A DNA stretch of 61,289 nt, filler included. It is 4 parts of 4 records of this genome, joined end to end, with 100 filler letters (N's around TTAATTAATTAA, not from the genome) between each part and the next. Parts side by side here need not be neighbours in the genome. Positions count along the whole stretch, not along the records: positions 56,953 to 61,289 come from SRR20825010_335; 3 more parts are not named here. The stretch is one strand, 5' to 3'. The translations under genes and the position numbers were made by a program. Shown here piece by piece: positions 57,651 through 61,289 of the stretch; the first letter of the stretch is position 1, and the number at the start of each line of letters is the position of its first letter. Below the pieces are notes generated by a model that ran no database searches, was not told where the DNA came from, and worked only from the letters and a program-made list of their open reading frames with translations.

Positions 57651-58379
57651 ATGCGAAAGTTATTCCTGAGCGTCGCTCTCTGCCTTGGCCTGCCCCCCGT
57701 GGCAGGCCATGCGCAGAGCGGCGAAATCTTTATCCCCGGCAACGATCCGCTGGTGGAAATCAAACCGCAGCCGCAGAGCCAGATGGCCAACTGCCTGCTC
57801 AACCCCAACGCCGCCAACTGCGCTGGCGTCGACATCGACCCGGGCGGTATCGCACTGGAAAGCGCCGGACCTTCGGTCACCTTTGAAACCCTTGTGCTGG
57901 ATCTCGACAACAAGAAGGTCGTTGTCAGCAAGGCACCCCCGCCAGAGCCGCCAAGATACGACGCGCCGGAACCGCCCAAGACAGGCAAGGTCGCGCTGCC
58001 CTCCGTCGCCGTCACGATCGAGTTTGATTATGACAGCGACCGGGTGCGGGGCGACCAGCGCGGCAAGATCGACAGCTTGATTGCCGCTTTGAACGATCCT
58101 GCCCTTCAAGGCACCTCTTACGCTGTGATCGGCCACACCGACGCTGTCGGATCGGACGGCTACAACTGCGATCTCAGCCTGCGCCGCGCTGCCTCTGTCA
58201 CGCGCCTGATCGAAGGGGCCTACCTTAGTGTGCCGCTCTATCCGGTCGGCTGGGGGGAATATGTTCTGAAGAACGAATACGATCCCAGCGCGGCTGAAAA
58301 TCGCCGTGTGACGTTCCTGCGGTTGCCCGATACGCCGGGTGCCGTCTTGCATACGGCCAGTACGCTCTGCCGGTACTGA
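57651..58379 (+). CDS. Secreted OmpA-like peptidoglycan-binding domain protein
   Basis: AAGGAG RBS, signal peptide, IEFDYDS, GHTDAVG, YNCDLSLRRA, ENRRV. Confidence 0.9.
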   Translation: MRKLFLSVALCLGLPPVAGHAQSGEIFIPGNDPLVEIKPQPQSQMANCLLNPNAANCAGVDIDPGGIALESAGPSVTFETLVLDLDNKKVVVSKAPPPEPPRYDAPEPPKTGKVALPSVAVTIEFDYDSDRVRGDQRGKIDSLIAALNDPALQGTSYAVIGHTDAVGSDGYNCDLSLRRAASVTRLIEGAYLSVPLYPVGWGEYVLKNEYDPSAAENRRVTFLRLPDTPGAVLHTASTLCRY

Positions 58380-58593
58380 GATACGCAATTTTGCAGCGCA
58401 ATTGACCCTCGCCCATCCCGGGCGGGGGTCTATTGCGACCTGCGTTCCTTGGATTGGAAACAGCGACACCACAGACCCAGCGCATCAGGGCCCACCCGAT
58501 AACGCTTGCCAGATCTTCGGTTGCATCGCTAACCTGACCGCATTGAATTAGAAACCGCAGGGCCTCGCCTTGCTGGCAGGGAACTCTTTTCAC

Positions 58594-59064
58594 ATGGATG
58601 TCGACGACGACGTGGTGCCGCATTCGGTTGTACCACTCAACAGATTCCTCACTTACCGTCTCGCCAAGGTGCAGGCCAAACTCAGCGCGCAGGCCACGCG
58701 CATCTTGCGTGCCCATGCCGGGATCACCATCACGCAATGGCGCATCATCGCCGTGCTTGGCGATACCGGGCGCTGCACGTCCGCCCAACTGTCGCGGTTG
58801 ACCGAAATGGACAAGGGCCTGATCAGCCGCAGCGTCAAGACCTTGACCGCCGAGAGGATGATCACCGTCACCCGCGACGCCTCAGACAACCGCGCGCTGC
58901 ATCTGGACCTGACCGCCAAGGGGCGTGAAACCTTTGAACGCACTATTCCGCGCATGCGCTCGCGGCAGATGGGATTGCGGGCCTATCTAGACGAAGCCGA
59001 ATTCGACACGTTGATGCGGGCCTGCGAAAAGCTGGAAAAGGCGGCGGAAGATCCTGAAATCTAG
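58594..59064 (+). CDS. MarR family transcriptional regulator
   Basis: FLTYRL, TQWRIIAVL, MDKGLISRSVK, SDNRA, LTAKG. Confidence 0.9.
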   Translation: MDVDDDVVPHSVVPLNRFLTYRLAKVQAKLSAQATRILRAHAGITITQWRIIAVLGDTGRCTSAQLSRLTEMDKGLISRSVKTLTAERMITVTRDASDNRALHLDLTAKGRETFERTIPRMRSRQMGLRAYLDEAEFDTLMRACEKLEKAAEDPEI

Positions 59065-59138
59065 GTCTGGTTTCACAGTGACCTCGATGGCGCGCCCGCC
59101 TATACCCGCGCCAACAAGGCGGCCCACAGGGAAGACGC

Positions 59139-60032
59139 ATGGCGCAGGATGACCAGAAACTCAGTATCGGATCGGCTGATCTGCTTTTGCCACCCGATCA
59201 CCACCTGCCGCGCATCATGCGGCAGCATCCGCAATACGATTACCTCTACTGGAACTTGATCCGCGTTCTGCTGGACGACAACAAAATGTCCGATGGCCCG
59301 CTGATCGACATCGGGGCCAACATCGGTGACACGATCAGCCATTTTCGCCGCTTTTCCAAAGGTCCAGTCTGGGGGATCGAACCGCATTCGGGCTATTTCG
59401 AATACCTTGAACGAAACATGTCACAGTTTTCGGATGTGCGTCTCAGCCATGCGCTTGTTGCGCCGGACGCCGCACAGGATCGCGTGCGTTTGTCGATCAA
59501 TCACGGCACTGGCGGCTCATCTCTAGAGCCTGACAGCGGTGAAGTCTTTGCCGGGCCTCGCGTCTCTCCGCAACAGATTGCCGAAGCGCTGACACCGGAC
59601 ACCGTGCTGAAATCCGACACCGACGGCTTTGACGGTCACATCATCAGTGTCGTGGCCGAGTACATGGCCCAACGCAAAGTGCGCCCCGCCATCATCGCCA
59701 TTGAGGGGCCGACCCGCAGGCAGACCGAACAGGGGGAAATCCAGCGCCACCGCCACGCGCTGCACCGGCTGCAACAGTTGGGGTATCGCATCCACATGCT
59801 GACCAACACCGGCCACCCGGTTGGGACAGTCGGCACCAGCGCCAGCGCGCTGGACCTGATGCTGGACACGCATCGCAATGCCCTGCTCTCGGGGACCATG
59901 ATGTGCCCCTATCTGGATTTCATCTGCGTCGCGCCGGGACTGGGCGCAAGCGCACTGTTCTATCCGCCACGCGTGGAAAAGGCGCTGTGGGCGGACATCC
60001 CCCAACCCGAGGACGACACCGCTACAAAGTGA
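59139..60032 (+). CDS. FkbM-type SAM methyltransferase
   Basis: IDIGANIGDT, GIEP, LKSDTDGFD. Confidence 0.8.
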   Translation: MAQDDQKLSIGSADLLLPPDHHLPRIMRQHPQYDYLYWNLIRVLLDDNKMSDGPLIDIGANIGDTISHFRRFSKGPVWGIEPHSGYFEYLERNMSQFSDVRLSHALVAPDAAQDRVRLSINHGTGGSSLEPDSGEVFAGPRVSPQQIAEALTPDTVLKSDTDGFDGHIISVVAEYMAQRKVRPAIIAIEGPTRRQTEQGEIQRHRHALHRLQQLGYRIHMLTNTGHPVGTVGTSASALDLMLDTHRNALLSGTMMCPYLDFICVAPGLGASALFYPPRVEKALWADIPQPEDDTATK

Positions 60033-61146
60033 TCCGCGCGCAATCGCGCCGCGCACTGTCGGCGATGGCATGGATCACCCGCTCAAACCCCAGCGCATCC
60101 TGCATCGACGGATATGCCTGCACGCCGTCACGGATCGCCGCCATCAGCTCTGCCGCCTCGATTGTCTTGAGATCGCCAAACCCCAGCTGATGGCCGGGTG
60201 CCGGAACAAAGGCCCCGAACGGCGGGTGATCTGGGCTGGACAGCACCGTGCGGAACCCCTGTTCCGCCTTCGGCCCCTCGTTCAGATAGATCTGTAGCTC
60301 GTTCATCCGCTCCTGCGCGAAACAGATCATGCCCTTGGTGCCGTGCACCTCCCAGTCCAACTTGTTCTTGCGGCCCCAGGCCGACCGTGAGGTCGACAGC
60401 GACCCATGCGCGCCACTGGCAAAGCGCAACAAAGCCGTCGCCGTATCCTCATTCTCGACCGCGCCGCGCCCGGTGCCATCCGGCAGCGGCCGGGTTTCAT
60501 GGATGATCTGCGTATCCGCCACAAGGCTTTGGATCGGGCCGCACAGACCCACCATCAGCGACACCAGATGACAGCCCAGATCCCCCAACGCGCCCAACCC
60601 GGCATCGGCCAAGCGCGCCCGCCATGTCCACGGCAGATCCGGATCGGCCTGATAATCCTCATCGACCCAGCCACGCGCATGCACCACGCGCCCGATCCGC
60701 CCTTCGGCGATCAGCTTTTGCGCATGACGGAACGCCGGATTGCGGATGTAGTTGTAACCGACCATCGTCACGGTGCCCGCCGCGCGCGCCACCTCGGCCA
60801 TCTCTTCGGCCTCGGCCAGTGTCAGCGCCATGGGTTTTTCGCACCAGACATGTTTGCCCGCCTTCAACGCAGCGCAGGCCATCTCGTGATGCAAGCCGTT
60901 GGGCGTGGTGATCGACACCACATCGACGCCCGGGTCGCGCACCAATGCGCGCCAGTCATCGGTCGCACGGGCAAAGCCGAACTGCCTCGCCATGGTGTCC
61001 GCCTTGTCGCGCGGCGTGTCGCACAGCAGTTTCAGCCGCGCCTCAGGCAGATCGCCCCCCATCACCGCCCGTGCCGCCCGCCACGCCAACGCGTGTGTCT
61101 TGCCCATAAAGCCCGTTCCGATCAGGCCGATTCCCAATTCCGCCAT
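60022..61146 (-). CDS. Gfo/Idh/MocA oxidoreductase, myo-inositol dehydrogenase-like
   Basis: GTGFMGKTH, CEKPM, GYNY, EDYQAD, GALGDLGCH, APGHQLGFGDLKTIE; GGAGGG RBS. Confidence 0.92.
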   Translation of the reverse strand: MAELGIGLIGTGFMGKTHALAWRAARAVMGGDLPEARLKLLCDTPRDKADTMARQFGFARATDDWRALVRDPGVDVVSITTPNGLHHEMACAALKAGKHVWCEKPMALTLAEAEEMAEVARAAGTVTMVGYNYIRNPAFRHAQKLIAEGRIGRVVHARGWVDEDYQADPDLPWTWRARLADAGLGALGDLGCHLVSLMVGLCGPIQSLVADTQIIHETRPLPDGTGRGAVENEDTATALLRFASGAHGSLSTSRSAWGRKNKLDWEVHGTKGMICFAQERMNELQIYLNEGPKAEQGFRTVLSSPDHPPFGAFVPAPGHQLGFGDLKTIEAAELMAAIRDGVQAYPSMQDALGFERVIHAIADSARRDCARITL

Positions 61147-61289
61147 CATACCCTCCATCCCGCCCCTTCAGGACTAGCCAAACGACAACAGCTTTCCCAG
61201 CATCCTCGCACGCCCGGGATTGGATTCCTTGCAAAAACCATCATACGGTGCGACCGACTTTTATCATCAGACTGAGGACACCATGGCCA

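Noticed and set aside
56897..58015. 372-aa minus-strand ORF running into the linker
   Set aside because: Antisense shadow in GC-rich DNA; ends only at the artificial stop.
61273..61289. GAGGA RBS plus ATG at 61283, start of a divergent gene
   Set aside because: Only two codons visible; cannot be annotated.
1..61289. CRISPR arrays, transposases, integrases, phage genes, rRNA
   Set aside because: None recognised by eye or in the ORF track.

Overview
The window is not one locus. It is four contigs joined by artificial 100-nt linkers (44 N + TTAATTAATTAA + 44 N, at 28184-28283, 43804-43903 and 56853-56952). Taxonomy below is inferred from gene content and base composition. Contig 1 (1-28183) is a GC-rich alphaproteobacterium (Parvibaculum-like). 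It carries dxs-tlyA-rlmD, aroC, fabI, a DnaJ-class chaperone, pdxH, fieF, a lipid/amide catabolic region (class III aminotransferase, amidase, two acyl-CoA ligases, sphingosine-1-phosphate-lyase-like enzyme, enoyl-CoA hydratase), a MarR-EmrAB pump, a cobalamin riboswitch-btuB unit and the 3' end of tRNA-Pro. Contig 2 (28284-43803) is a second alphaproteobacterial segment (Kordiimonas-like). It carries a TonB2-type operon (DUF3450-ExbB-ExbB-ExbD) behind a near-consensus promoter and a ~500-nt structured leader, a PabB-PabC fusion, a glycosyltransferase with ppGalNAc-T (GT27)-like motifs, an unannotated 59-aa protein and a protein with a histone-H1-like tail. Contig 3 (43904-56852) is an AT-rich Flavobacteriaceae segment. 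It carries an SH3-NlpC/P60 peptidase, an oxidative sugar-acid cluster (PQQ/cytochrome c dehydrogenase, Gfo/Idh/MocA, DgoD, GntP, lactonase), and a tRNA 3'-end remnant next to an AAA_14/DUF4143 ATPase (probable island edge). Contig 4 (56953-61289) is Rhodobacteraceae-like: DUF4384 plus OmpA-domain pair, MarR, FkbM-type methyltransferase and an IolG-like dehydrogenase. Best leads: the GT27-like glycosyltransferase, the structured TonB2 leader, the H1-tailed protein, the PQQ sugar-acid module and the tRNA-remnant/ATPase island edge. All family calls are from motif recognition; no searches were run.
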